Shown piece after piece: positions 9,746-17,861 of a stretch of DNA of 64,000 nucleotides (positions are counted from its first letter, which is position 1; every line of letters begins with the position of its first letter). Source of the stretch: an uncultured Actinomycetes bacterium (GTDB lineage: Bacteria; Actinomycetota; Thermoleophilia; Gaiellales; JAICJC01); assembly GCA_963746115.1 (NCBI GenBank), contig CAVVAA010000004.1:431218-495217 (forward strand), read 5' to 3'. Below the pieces are notes generated by a model that ran no database searches, was not told the DNA's origin, and saw only the letters and a list, made by a program, of their open reading frames with translations. The translations under genes were made by a program, and so were the position numbers.

Positions 9746-10404
9746 CGCCGCAGGACGAACCCGGCGCCCCTGATCGTGTGGATCAGCGGCGGGTCGCCGA
9801 GCTTGCGGCGCAGGTACGCCACGTAGCGGTCGACCACGTTCTCGGTCGATGCGGAGCCGTCGCTCCACACGGACGCGAGCGCGACCCGGCGAGAGACGAC
9901 CCGGCCGGGGTGGTGCAGCAGCAGCTCGAGCAGGGCAGCCTCACGGCCGGTGAGCTCGATCGCGCGCCCGCCTCGGACGGCGGTGCGCGAGCCCGTGTCG
10001 AGCGAGAGGTCGGCGAACTGGAGCAGGGGCGTCTCGCTCCCCCGCCGCAGCAGCGCTCGCAGCCGGGCCAGCAGCTCCTCCGTCGCGAACGGCTTCACCA
10101 GGTAGTCGTCGGCGCCCGCGTCGAGCCCGGCCACCCGGTCGGCCACGGTATCGCGGGCCGTAAGCATGAGGATGGGCACGGGCACGCCCTTCTCGCGCAG
10201 GCGCCGCGCCACCGCAAGGCCGTCCAGCCCGGGCATGATCGCGTCGAGGACGATGGCGTCGGGCGGGTCGCGCTCGACCTCGACCAGCGCGGCCCCGCCG
10301 TCGGACGCAAGGGCGGTCTCGTAGCCCTCGGCGCCGAGCGTCCGCGCGAGCGTCCGCCGCACCGGCCCGTCGTCGTCCACGATCAGCACCCTGGTCTTCA
10401 CCAT
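9742..10404 (-). CDS. OmpR-family response regulator
   Basis: Track ORF 9742..10776 trimmed to ATG 10404: MVKTRVLIVDDDGPVRRTL...DAIMPGLDG...LTARD. Winged-helix tail IHTIRGAGFVLRR. Confidence 0.92.
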   Translation of the reverse strand: MVKTRVLIVDDDGPVRRTLARTLGAEGYETALASDGGAALVEVERDPPDAIVLDAIMPGLDGLAVARRLREKGVPVPILMLTARDTVADRVAGLDAGADDYLVKPFATEELLARLRALLRRGSETPLLQFADLSLDTGSRTAVRGGRAIELTGREAALLELLLHHPGRVVSRRVALASVWSDGSASTENVVDRYVAYLRRKLGDPPLIHTIRGAGFVLRR

Positions 10405-10457
10405 CGTCCGTTCCCTTGCAGCGTACGGCGTGCGCGCCGCTCGCGTACCATCGCGGG

Positions 10458-11633
10458 GTGCGCGAGGGCTTGCCGTTCCCCGTCGAGGAGTACCGCGGCC
10501 GCGCCGAGCGCGTCCGGGCGCGGATGCGGGAGCGCGGGGTCGACGTCCTGTTCGTGACCAGCCCGGCGAACCTGTGCTACCTGACCGGGTTCGAGTCGGT
10601 CTGGTACCCGCCCCGGGCGCCCGTCGGCGTCGTCGTGTGCGCCGCCGACGAGCGGCTCGTGTTCTGCGACTACGAGCGCCACGAGACGCTCGTGCGGGAG
10701 ACGGCCCACTACGACGACGCGGTCTTCTACCGCTACGAGGACGTCCTCGACAAAATCGCGGACTCGTTCCGCGCACGGGGATGGCTCGACGGCGCGATCG
10801 GGCTCGAGCGCTGGTCGCCGGCGCCGGGCGCGCCGCTGCTCGACGCCCTCGCCGCCCGGCTCGGCCAGCTCGGCGGGCAGATCGTTGCCGGAGACTGGGT
10901 CGTCGACCGGGTACGGCTGGTGAAGTCGCCCGCCGAGGTCGAGTGCGTGCGCCGCGCGGGCGCCATCGTCGACGCGGCGTTCGACGACCTCGTCGAGTAC
11001 CTGCGGCCGGGGCAGACCGAGCTCGAGATCGCGGCCCGCCTGGACACGGTCATGGCCGAGCAGGGCGGCGAGCGGGCCGCGATCCAGACGATGGTCTCGG
11101 CTGGGCCCGGCGTCTGGTGCCGCACCCACGCGCCGCCGTCGCCGCGGCCGGTCGGGGTCGGCGACGTCATGTACGTCGACGCGTGCGGCGTGGTCAACCG
11201 CTACCACGCGGACGTGTGCCGGACGTTTGCGATCGGCCGCGACCATCCCGAGGCCCGGGCGATCCTCGACGTGACGGCCGGGAGCGTGGACGAGGTGCGC
11301 CGCGCGGTGAGGCCCGGCGATCCGCTCGACGTCGCCCAGCGCGCGGCCGAGGAGTTCGTGTTCTCCCGCTTCCCACGCGAGCAGGTGTGGTGGGTGGGCG
11401 GCTACGCGCTCGGGATCGCCATGGCGCCGAACTGGGTCGGGCACACGTACCTGTCGAACGACGCGTTCGAGCAGTTCACCTGGGAGCCGGGGTACGTCAC
11501 GAACTACGAGAACATCCTGTTCGACCGCGATGCGGGGTTCACGGCGAGCTACATGGAGACGCTGCTCATGACCGAGGACGGCATCGAGGTGCTCTCCCGG
11601 CGGCCGCGTACGTTGACCGTGCTTCCGGGGTAA
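10458..11633 (+). CDS. M24-family metallopeptidase (Xaa-Pro aminopeptidase / creatinase-like)
   Basis: Track ORF 10416..11633 (TTG start). GTG 10458 gives the typical N-terminus VREGLPFPVEEYRGRAERVRARMRERGVDVLFVTSPANLCYLTGF. The pita-bread domain follows. The start is uncertain within +/-42 nt. Confidence 0.8.
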   Translation: MREGLPFPVEEYRGRAERVRARMRERGVDVLFVTSPANLCYLTGFESVWYPPRAPVGVVVCAADERLVFCDYERHETLVRETAHYDDAVFYRYEDVLDKIADSFRARGWLDGAIGLERWSPAPGAPLLDALAARLGQLGGQIVAGDWVVDRVRLVKSPAEVECVRRAGAIVDAAFDDLVEYLRPGQTELEIAARLDTVMAEQGGERAAIQTMVSAGPGVWCRTHAPPSPRPVGVGDVMYVDACGVVNRYHADVCRTFAIGRDHPEARAILDVTAGSVDEVRRAVRPGDPLDVAQRAAEEFVFSRFPREQVWWVGGYALGIAMAPNWVGHTYLSNDAFEQFTWEPGYVTNYENILFDRDAGFTASYMETLLMTEDGIEVLSRRPRTLTVLPG

Positions 11634-11634
11634 C

Positions 11635-11658
11635 GGCCAAGCACCCGGCCCTGGCACC
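11635..11658. repeat. Degenerate family-B pair (GGCCAAGCACC-c-GGCCCTGGCACC)
   Basis: Starts 2 nt after the M24 peptidase stop. CTGGCACCGCGAC matches the 47618 copy with its spacer. This copy is diverged. Confidence 0.35.
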
Positions 11659-11765
11659 GCGACTACGCGCCCTCGCCCAAACCGACCAGTCGGCCGGGCA
11701 CCGATGAATTTCAGGGCGGGAGTGGCGTCTGACCCCCAGACGACCCGAGAGCAAGGAGTTCTGAG

Positions 11766-12338
11766 ATGCGGAAGCTGATGGCGTTGGTGTTCCACTACTC
11801 GCTCAACGGCCTTGTGGCCGACGAGGGCACCGAGTACCTCAAGTTCTGCTTCGAGCTGCTCGACGAGGGTGGCGGCCCGAGCGACGATCAGGAGTCCATC
11901 GACTTTCTGCAGGGCGCGGACGCGCACATCATGGGCCGCAACGCGTACGAGGGCATGGCCGCGAGTCTCCCGTCCAACCCCGACCATCCGTGGTCAGACA
12001 TCATGAACGCCGGGCGTAAGGTCGTCTTCTCGCGGACGCTGAAGACGGCCGACTGGGCCAACACCACCATCGCCGCCGGTGACACGACGGAGGAGATCGA
12101 CAAGCTCAGGCAGGGCGGCGACGGCCACATCGTGGTGTGGGGCGGCGTCAGCCTGTGGCGGTCGCTGATGCGGCTCGACCTGATCGACGAGTGGCACCTG
12201 GGCCTACACCCCTACGTTGCCGACGAGGGCACCCTGCTGTTCGACAACGTCCCCAAGTCCTACCGGCTCGATCTGATCTCCAGCACCCCCTTCGGGTCGA
12301 CCGGGGTCCTCGAGCTGCAGTACCGGCGACACCGTTAA
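11766..12338 (+). CDS. Dihydrofolate-reductase-family protein (RibD C-terminal domain type)
   Basis: 190-aa ORF preceded by AAGGAG. MRKLMALVFHYSLNGLVADEG...IMGRNAYEGM...HIVVWGGVSLWRSLMRLDLIDEWHL. Confidence 0.75.
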   Translation: MRKLMALVFHYSLNGLVADEGTEYLKFCFELLDEGGGPSDDQESIDFLQGADAHIMGRNAYEGMAASLPSNPDHPWSDIMNAGRKVVFSRTLKTADWANTTIAAGDTTEEIDKLRQGGDGHIVVWGGVSLWRSLMRLDLIDEWHLGLHPYVADEGTLLFDNVPKSYRLDLISSTPFGSTGVLELQYRRHR

Positions 12339-12406
12339 TCAGCGGACCAGGCCGCAAGGAGGACTGTGATGGAGGGCCTGATCTCCGGTCGCGGTACCCT
12401 GGGCTG

Positions 12407-12835
12407 GTGCCCAAGGCACCGATCCCCGATGTGGTCGGCGAGTTCCTCGCCCGGCCGAACCCCGCGGTCATCGCGACGATCCGTCCCGACGGCTTCCCGC
12501 ACACAGCCGCCACGTGGTACGTGTGGGAGGATGGCCGCGTGCTCGTGAACATGGACGAGACCCGCCGCCGACTCGATTACATGCGCCGCGACCCGCGCGT
12601 GTCGCTGACCGCGCTCTCCGAGGACGAGTGGTACCGGCAGGTGACGCTCATCGGCGAGGTCGTGTCGATCGAGCCCGACCCGGACCTCCACGACATCGAC
12701 CGCCTCTCCACGCACTACAGCGGCAACCCCTTCGGCGCCCGCCACCAGCATCGCTGGAGCGCGTGGGTGCGGATCGACCGCTGGTTCGGCTGGGACGGCG
12801 GCACGTCGTGGCCGCCGCGCGGGGCCGCCTCGTGA
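12407..12835 (+). CDS. PPOX-class (pyridoxamine-5-phosphate-oxidase-fold), probably F420-dependent, oxidoreductase
   Basis: In-frame GTG 12407 within track ORF 12137..12835: VPKAPIPDVVGEFLARPNPAVIATIRPDGFPHTAATWYVWEDGRVLVNMDETRRRLDYMRRDPRVSL. GTG 12430 is an alternative start. Confidence 0.7.
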   Translation: MPKAPIPDVVGEFLARPNPAVIATIRPDGFPHTAATWYVWEDGRVLVNMDETRRRLDYMRRDPRVSLTALSEDEWYRQVTLIGEVVSIEPDPDLHDIDRLSTHYSGNPFGARHQHRWSAWVRIDRWFGWDGGTSWPPRGAAS

Positions 12836-13191
12836 AGGGCCTCGAGCTCGTGAGCCTGGACGCGCCGACCGAGGTGCGGACGTTCGAGAAGGGCCGGTTC
12901 GAGGTCTACGGCGTCGGGCCGATGACGCTCGGCCGGGCCACCTACGAGCCGGGCTGGCGCTGGTCGACCCACGTGGGCGCCAAGACGGGCGAGGCGTCCT
13001 GCCAGGTCGAGCACGTCGGGCTCGTGCTGAGCGGCCAGGCGATGGCGGCGATGGACGACGGCACCGAGCGGGTCATGCGGGCGGGCGAGTTCTTCTACGT
13101 GCCGCCGGGCCATGACAGCTGGGTCGTAGGCGACGAGCCATACGTGTCGCTGCACATCATGGGCAGCGAGGGCTACGCCGCCGCCGAATAG
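12832..13191 (+). CDS. Cupin-domain protein
   Basis: GTG 12832 overlaps the upstream stop (GTGA). VKGLELVSLDAPTEVRTFEKGRFEVYG...AGEFFYVPPGHDSWVVGDEP. This is the C-terminal part of track ORF 12514..13191. Confidence 0.7.
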   Translation: MKGLELVSLDAPTEVRTFEKGRFEVYGVGPMTLGRATYEPGWRWSTHVGAKTGEASCQVEHVGLVLSGQAMAAMDDGTERVMRAGEFFYVPPGHDSWVVGDEPYVSLHIMGSEGYAAAE

Positions 13192-13200
13192 AGCGCGACC

Positions 13201-13233
13201 GGTGCCAGGCACCGCGGCGAGGTGCCAGGCACC
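13201..13233. repeat. Palindromic 13-mer pair, family B (GGTGCCAGGCACC-gcggcga-GGTGCCAGGCACC)
   Basis: Two exact copies 7 nt apart, between the convergent cupin (stop 13191) and fae (stop 13265). Confidence 0.9.
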
Positions 13234-13264
13234 GACCTTCGCCAACCTCCGTCGTCGACGGGCG

Positions 13265-13798
13265 TCAGCTGCCGGAGTAGTACGGGTTGCGCACGGTCTC
13301 GCGGCGCCCGGCCAGGTCGCGCGCGGCATCCGGATCGCGGCCGGATACCGCCATGCCGACGGCCTTGCGCGTCGCCTTCCGCGCGGCCACCCGGACGGCC
13401 GTCTCGTCGGCTGCGCCGGTGTCGATCCACACGGCGACGAAGACGATGGTCTCGTCGGTCGGCGGGAGCAGGTCATCGGCGACGGCGTCGAGCACGCCCT
13501 GGCCGACGCCGAGCTGCGTCGCGCCATAGGTGATCTTGGCGTGGCGGTCGCCGGCGAGCGTCGACTTGTTCATCATCACGGTCGGCGGCCAGATCGGCTC
13601 GTAGTGATCCTTGTCCGGGCCGACGCACACGAGGATCGGGCTGTGGCCCTGACGCGGCGTGGTGAACGCCGTCATCAGCGCCGCGGCGGTCGTGCCGCCC
13701 CGGCGGGCGAGGATCACGTTGACGTGGCAGCCGTCGGGATCGGTGCCCGACCAGCCCTCCCCGATCGCCCCGTCGAGCGAGCGCTCCTCGATTCCCAT
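13265..13798 (-). CDS. fae: Formaldehyde-activating enzyme (Fae) family protein
   Basis: 177-aa ORF. IGEGWSGTDPDGCHVNVILARRGG...PTVMMNKSTL...GATQLGVGQGVLDAV...VFVAVWIDTGAADE aligns by eye with Fae of methylotrophs (VGEALVG...HIDLIIGPRGS...FGPAQ...VGVFIHWEAADD). Confidence 0.75.
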   Translation of the reverse strand: MGIEERSLDGAIGEGWSGTDPDGCHVNVILARRGGTTAAALMTAFTTPRQGHSPILVCVGPDKDHYEPIWPPTVMMNKSTLAGDRHAKITYGATQLGVGQGVLDAVADDLLPPTDETIVFVAVWIDTGAADETAVRVAARKATRKAVGMAVSGRDPDAARDLAGRRETVRNPYYSGS

Positions 13799-13905
13799 CC
13801 ACCCTCCTTGACTCGTGGTCGTCCTCCGCCGCGCCAGGGTCGTCAGGCGCGAAACACGCTGGTAGGCTAGAGCGAGAACGTGTCAAGGCGGGAGGTGGGG
13901 CTCGT

Positions 13906-15066
13906 ATGGGTGCAGGAGGGCGACGCGTGCGCGCGTCTGCGGCCGCGGCCGTCGTGCTGGCGGCGGCGGGGGTCGGCGTGCTCGGCGGCGGGAGCGCCGT
14001 GGCGGCGAATCCGGGCGTGATGGTGGCGTGGGGCAGCGACGCCGACGGCCAGCTTGGGAACGGGGCCGCGGGCGGCCATCTCAAGGCCGGGGCGGTGCCC
14101 GGGATGACGGGTGTGGTCCAGATGGACGGCGGCCGCGAGCACGTCATCGTGCTGAAGCAGAACGGCACCGTCTGGGCCTGGGGCATGAACAACGATGGCC
14201 AGGTCGGCGACGGGACGAAGATCAACCGCCAGGCGCCCGTCCAGGTCGAAGGCCTGACCAACGTCCGCGACGTCGCCACGGGCCACTACTCGAGCATCGC
14301 CCTGAAGAAGGACGGCACGGTGTGGTGCTGGGGCCTGAACAACTTCGGCCAGCTCGGCAACGACACCACGAAGACGAGCGCCGTGCCCGTGCGGGCCAAG
14401 GGGCTCACGAACGTGATCCGCATCGCCGGCGCGCGCGACCACACGCTCGCGGTGAAGTCCGACGGGACGGTCTGGGCGTGGGGCGACAACCAGTTCGGGA
14501 ACCTGGGGAACGGCACGACCACGAACAGCGACGTCCCCGTGCAGGTGAAGGGCCTCGCGAACGTGATCTTCGTCGCCGGCGGCCGCGACCACAGCCTCGC
14601 CATCGAGAAGAACGGCTCGGTGTGGGCGTGGGGCTGGAACCAGTACGGCCAGCTCGGCGACGGGACGAAGACGAACCGGCTCGTGCCCGTCCGCGTGCAG
14701 GGGATCACCGGCGCGGTGCAGGTCGCCGCGGGCGCCAACCACAGCGTCGCCCGGCTCTCGAACGGCACCGTGTGGGCCTGGGGTCAGAACAGCTTCGGCC
14801 AGGTCGGCGACGGCACCGGCGTGAGCCGCCTCGTGCCGGTCAGGGTGCCCGGTATCGCGAACGCCATCAACATCGGCGCCGGCCGCCTGCACTCGCTCGC
14901 GATCGAGAAGGACCGGTCGGTGTGGGCGTGGGGCGACAACGACTTCGGCCAGCTGGGCGACGGCACGACGACGGACCGGTTGCGGCCGGTGCGCGTCCCC
15001 GGGGTGACCGGGGGCGAGGAGGTCGCCGGCGGCCGCGACTACAGCGTCGCGCTCGTCCAGCCCTAG
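13906..15066 (+). CDS. Secreted RCC1-repeat (seven-bladed beta-propeller) protein
   Basis: 386-aa ORF with signal-like N-terminus AAAVVLAAAGVGVLGGGSAVA. Seven repeats of the (V/W)WAWG-N-(D/Q)GQ(L/V)G(D/N)GT pattern. Confidence 0.88.
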   Translation: MGAGGRRVRASAAAAVVLAAAGVGVLGGGSAVAANPGVMVAWGSDADGQLGNGAAGGHLKAGAVPGMTGVVQMDGGREHVIVLKQNGTVWAWGMNNDGQVGDGTKINRQAPVQVEGLTNVRDVATGHYSSIALKKDGTVWCWGLNNFGQLGNDTTKTSAVPVRAKGLTNVIRIAGARDHTLAVKSDGTVWAWGDNQFGNLGNGTTTNSDVPVQVKGLANVIFVAGGRDHSLAIEKNGSVWAWGWNQYGQLGDGTKTNRLVPVRVQGITGAVQVAAGANHSVARLSNGTVWAWGQNSFGQVGDGTGVSRLVPVRVPGIANAINIGAGRLHSLAIEKDRSVWAWGDNDFGQLGDGTTTDRLRPVRVPGVTGGEEVAGGRDYSVALVQP

Positions 15067-15077
15067 CCGCTGCAATC

Positions 15078-15107
15078 GGGGACTGTCCCCGCACGGGGAC
15101 AGTCCCC
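15078..15107. repeat. Palindromic 13-mer pair, family A (GGGGACTGTCCCC-gcac-GGGGACAGTCCCC)
   Basis: Exact copies, between the convergent RCC1 gene (stop 15066) and the MFS gene (stop 15113). Confidence 0.9.
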
Positions 15108-15112
15108 ATCCG

Positions 15113-16357
15113 TTACGCGTCGGCCGAGACCGGCTCGGGGCTGAGGTCGTCGAAGCGGTCGATCCGGCGCAGCTCCGGGAACCGCCACGCCCACACGATC
15201 GCGACGGCGATCGATGCGACTCCGCCCAGGACGACCGCCGGCACGGCGCCGATGATGGCGGCGGCGGCACCGGACTCGAACGCGCCGAGCTCGTTCGAGG
15301 CGCCGATGAAGACCCGCTCGACGGCGCTCACCCGGCCGCGGAGCGCCGGCGGCGTGAGCAGCGGCGAGAGGGTGCTGCGCACCACCATGCTGATCATGTC
15401 CGCGCCCGCCAGCGCGGCGAGCGCGAACAGCGAGAGCACGAAGCTGCGCGACAGCCCGAACACGATCGTGAACACGCCGAACAGCGCGACGACGCAGAAC
15501 AGGGTCTCGCCCACCCGTCGGCGCAGGGGCCGGGCCGAGATGAGGGCGCCGACGACGACCGCCCCCACACCGGGCGCGGCCCGCAGCACGCCGTTCCCGG
15601 CCGCCCCGACGTGCAGGATGTCGCGGGCAAACACGGGCAGGAGCGCCGTCGCGCCCCCGAACAGCACGGCCATCAGGTCGAGCGAGATCGCGCCGAGCAG
15701 TGGCCGGCTGCGGAAGATCAGGCGCACGCCGTCGAGCACGTCGGCGAGCCGGGGCTCGTGGTCGCCGACATGGGCGACGCCGATCGCCGACGGGACCATC
15801 GGCAGGAGCGCCGCCCCGGCGCCGGAGCACGCCGCCGCGAAGAGGTAGGGCGCCGGCGCGCCGATCGTCTGCAGGATGCCGCCGATCGCCGGGCCGGCGA
15901 TCATCGCCGCCTGGCCGGCCGATGTGACGACCGCGAACGTCTGCGACAGGTTCTCGGCGGCCACGCCCGCGGCGAGCAGCGGCCCGAGCGTCGGGCCGAC
16001 GAAGGCGTTCCCGATCCCCCAGCCGAACGCGAGCAGGTAGAGCGGCCACACCGCCGTGTCCCCCGCGGCCGCGTCGAGCGCAAGGACGATCGCGATCACC
16101 GTGCCCCAGACGAGCCCGAGGCCCGCGACGACGCGGCGGTCGTGGTGGTCGATCACATGCCCGGCGGGCAGGGCCAGCAGGACGGCCGGGACGAACTCCG
16201 CCAGGCCGAGCAGCCCCAGCACGAGCGGGTCGTGCACGCGGGCGTACGCCTGCCATCCGATGGCGGTTGCCGTCGCCCCCAGCGCGAGGCTGGTGAGGAT
16301 CTCGACAAGCACCATCACGGTGACGATGCGGTTTCCCCGCCGGAACATCGGACGCAT
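15113..16357 (-). CDS. MFS transporter
   Basis: C-terminal ~414 aa of track ORF 15113..17029(-): MRPMFRRGNRIVTVMVLVEILTSLALG..., about 12 hydrophobic spans. In-frame ATGs at 16390, 16357 and 16348 are all possible starts. Confidence 0.8.
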   Translation of the reverse strand: MRPMFRRGNRIVTVMVLVEILTSLALGATATAIGWQAYARVHDPLVLGLLGLAEFVPAVLLALPAGHVIDHHDRRVVAGLGLVWGTVIAIVLALDAAAGDTAVWPLYLLAFGWGIGNAFVGPTLGPLLAAGVAAENLSQTFAVVTSAGQAAMIAGPAIGGILQTIGAPAPYLFAAACSGAGAALLPMVPSAIGVAHVGDHEPRLADVLDGVRLIFRSRPLLGAISLDLMAVLFGGATALLPVFARDILHVGAAGNGVLRAAPGVGAVVVGALISARPLRRRVGETLFCVVALFGVFTIVFGLSRSFVLSLFALAALAGADMISMVVRSTLSPLLTPPALRGRVSAVERVFIGASNELGAFESGAAAAIIGAVPAVVLGGVASIAVAIVWAWRFPELRRIDRFDDLSPEPVSADA

Positions 16358-16494
16358 GCTCGCCGATCCGGGCGGGCGCACGGGCCGCATGCGATCCGAC
16401 CGGTAATACCTGGAAAAACCCCCCAGGCTGCGGAGGCCGTGTACGCCGTTTCGGGGAGGGTCGGCGTCCGCGTGGCGATCTAGCATCCCGGACC

Positions 16495-17751
16495 ATGAAC
16501 GGGACCACGACCGAGGACGCCAGGTCGCCGCTGCCGGCGCGCGATCCGGTCGTCTCCGCGCGCCGGATCGGCGCGGCCGCCGGCGATGCCGCCGCCGGCC
16601 GCGTGCGGCTGCTGCTGGTCGACGCCGACGAGGTCGCCGCCCACCAGCTGCAGCGTCAACTGCATGACTTCGGCGCCGGGTTCGAGGTCGCCGTCGCCGG
16701 ACGCCTGAGCACGGCGCTCGCCCACCTTGCGACCGCGCCGACCGACGCCGTCGTGGCCGACCTGTCGCTGCCCGACGCCGGGGGCCTCGAGACGCTCGGA
16801 CGGCTCCGCGCGGGCGCCTCCGACCTGCCGATCCTCGTGCTGGCCGGCCGCGACGAGGAGGAGCTGGCGCTCGCGGCGCTCGGCGCCGGCGCGAGCGACT
16901 ACCTCCTGAAGGGACGGACAACTCGCGATCTGGTCGCCCGTGCGGTGCAGTACGCGATCGAGCGCGAGCGGCTGCTCGTCTCCGAGCGCGAGAGCCGCCG
17001 CGACGCCGAGGTAGCCCGCTCGAGCGCACTGCGCAGCCAGCGGGCGCTCGAGGCGAGCGAGAAGCGGCGCCGGTCGCTGCTCGGCTCGATGCTGCGGGCC
17101 GAGGAGGCCGAGCGCCAGCGGATCGCGGTCGAGCTCCACGACGACACGGTGCAGGTGATGGTGGCCGCGCTCGTCGGCATGGACGCCTGCCAGGCGACGA
17201 TCGACCGCGATGACCCCGGCGGTGCGGTCGAGAGCATGGCCCGGGCGCGGGCCACGTTGTCGGAGGCGGTCGACCGGGTGCGCCGGATGAGCTTCGAGCT
17301 GCGGCCGCCGCTGCTGGACGCCCAGGGCCTCGGGCCCGCCGTCACCGACCTCGTGGACGAGGTCGCGGCGGAGTGCGGCCTCGAGCGCCGCGTCGACGTC
17401 TCGCTGCGCCGCTATTCCCCCGAGATCGAGATCCTCACCTACCGCACCGTCCGCGAGCTGATCGCGAACGTGCGCAAGCACGCCCGGGCCGGGCGGGTCG
17501 AGGTCGACCTGCACGAGGAGCGCTCGGCGGTCGTGTGCACGCTGCGCGACGACGGCGTCGGGTTCGACGCGGGCGGGATCGAGCGGGCCACCGGGCGGCG
17601 GGGAATGCGGCTCCACCTCGGGCTCGACGCGACCATCGAGCGCGTCCGCGTGGCCGGCGGCACCTTCGCGATCGAGTCGACGCCGGGCGGGGGCACGTCG
17701 GTGCGCTTCACCGTCCCCATCCACCGCCAGGGAGACGTCCGCCCGCGCTAG
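16495..17751 (+). CDS. Hybrid receiver (REC) - HisKA_3 - HATPase sensor kinase
   Basis: 418-aa ORF. REC: RLLLVDAD...VVADLSLPDAGG...DYLLKG. HisKA_3 H-box ERQRIAVELHDDTVQ. ATPase LRDDGVGFD...GGTFAIESTPGGGTSV. Confidence 0.85.
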   Translation: MNGTTTEDARSPLPARDPVVSARRIGAAAGDAAAGRVRLLLVDADEVAAHQLQRQLHDFGAGFEVAVAGRLSTALAHLATAPTDAVVADLSLPDAGGLETLGRLRAGASDLPILVLAGRDEEELALAALGAGASDYLLKGRTTRDLVARAVQYAIERERLLVSERESRRDAEVARSSALRSQRALEASEKRRRSLLGSMLRAEEAERQRIAVELHDDTVQVMVAALVGMDACQATIDRDDPGGAVESMARARATLSEAVDRVRRMSFELRPPLLDAQGLGPAVTDLVDEVAAECGLERRVDVSLRRYSPEIEILTYRTVRELIANVRKHARAGRVEVDLHEERSAVVCTLRDDGVGFDAGGIERATGRRGMRLHLGLDATIERVRVAGGTFAIESTPGGGTSVRFTVPIHRQGDVRPR

Positions 17752-17861
17752 CGGGTTATTGGAGCCGGGTTGGCGGGCGGTTTGCGCCTCCCGTGATGCC
17801 TCCTACCCTTGGCCCTGGCGCGGAGGCAGCGCGCCGGTGTCGTTCCAGACGTGGGAGGGTC

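Noticed and set aside
11723-11745. GGCGTCTGACCCCCAGACG downstream of the M24 peptidase as a family-C repeat copy.
   Set aside because: It matches only the GTCTGACCCC portion. It forms a different short hairpin (GTCTG...CAGAC) and lacks the GGGG arm. I treat it at most as a decayed relative and do not count it.
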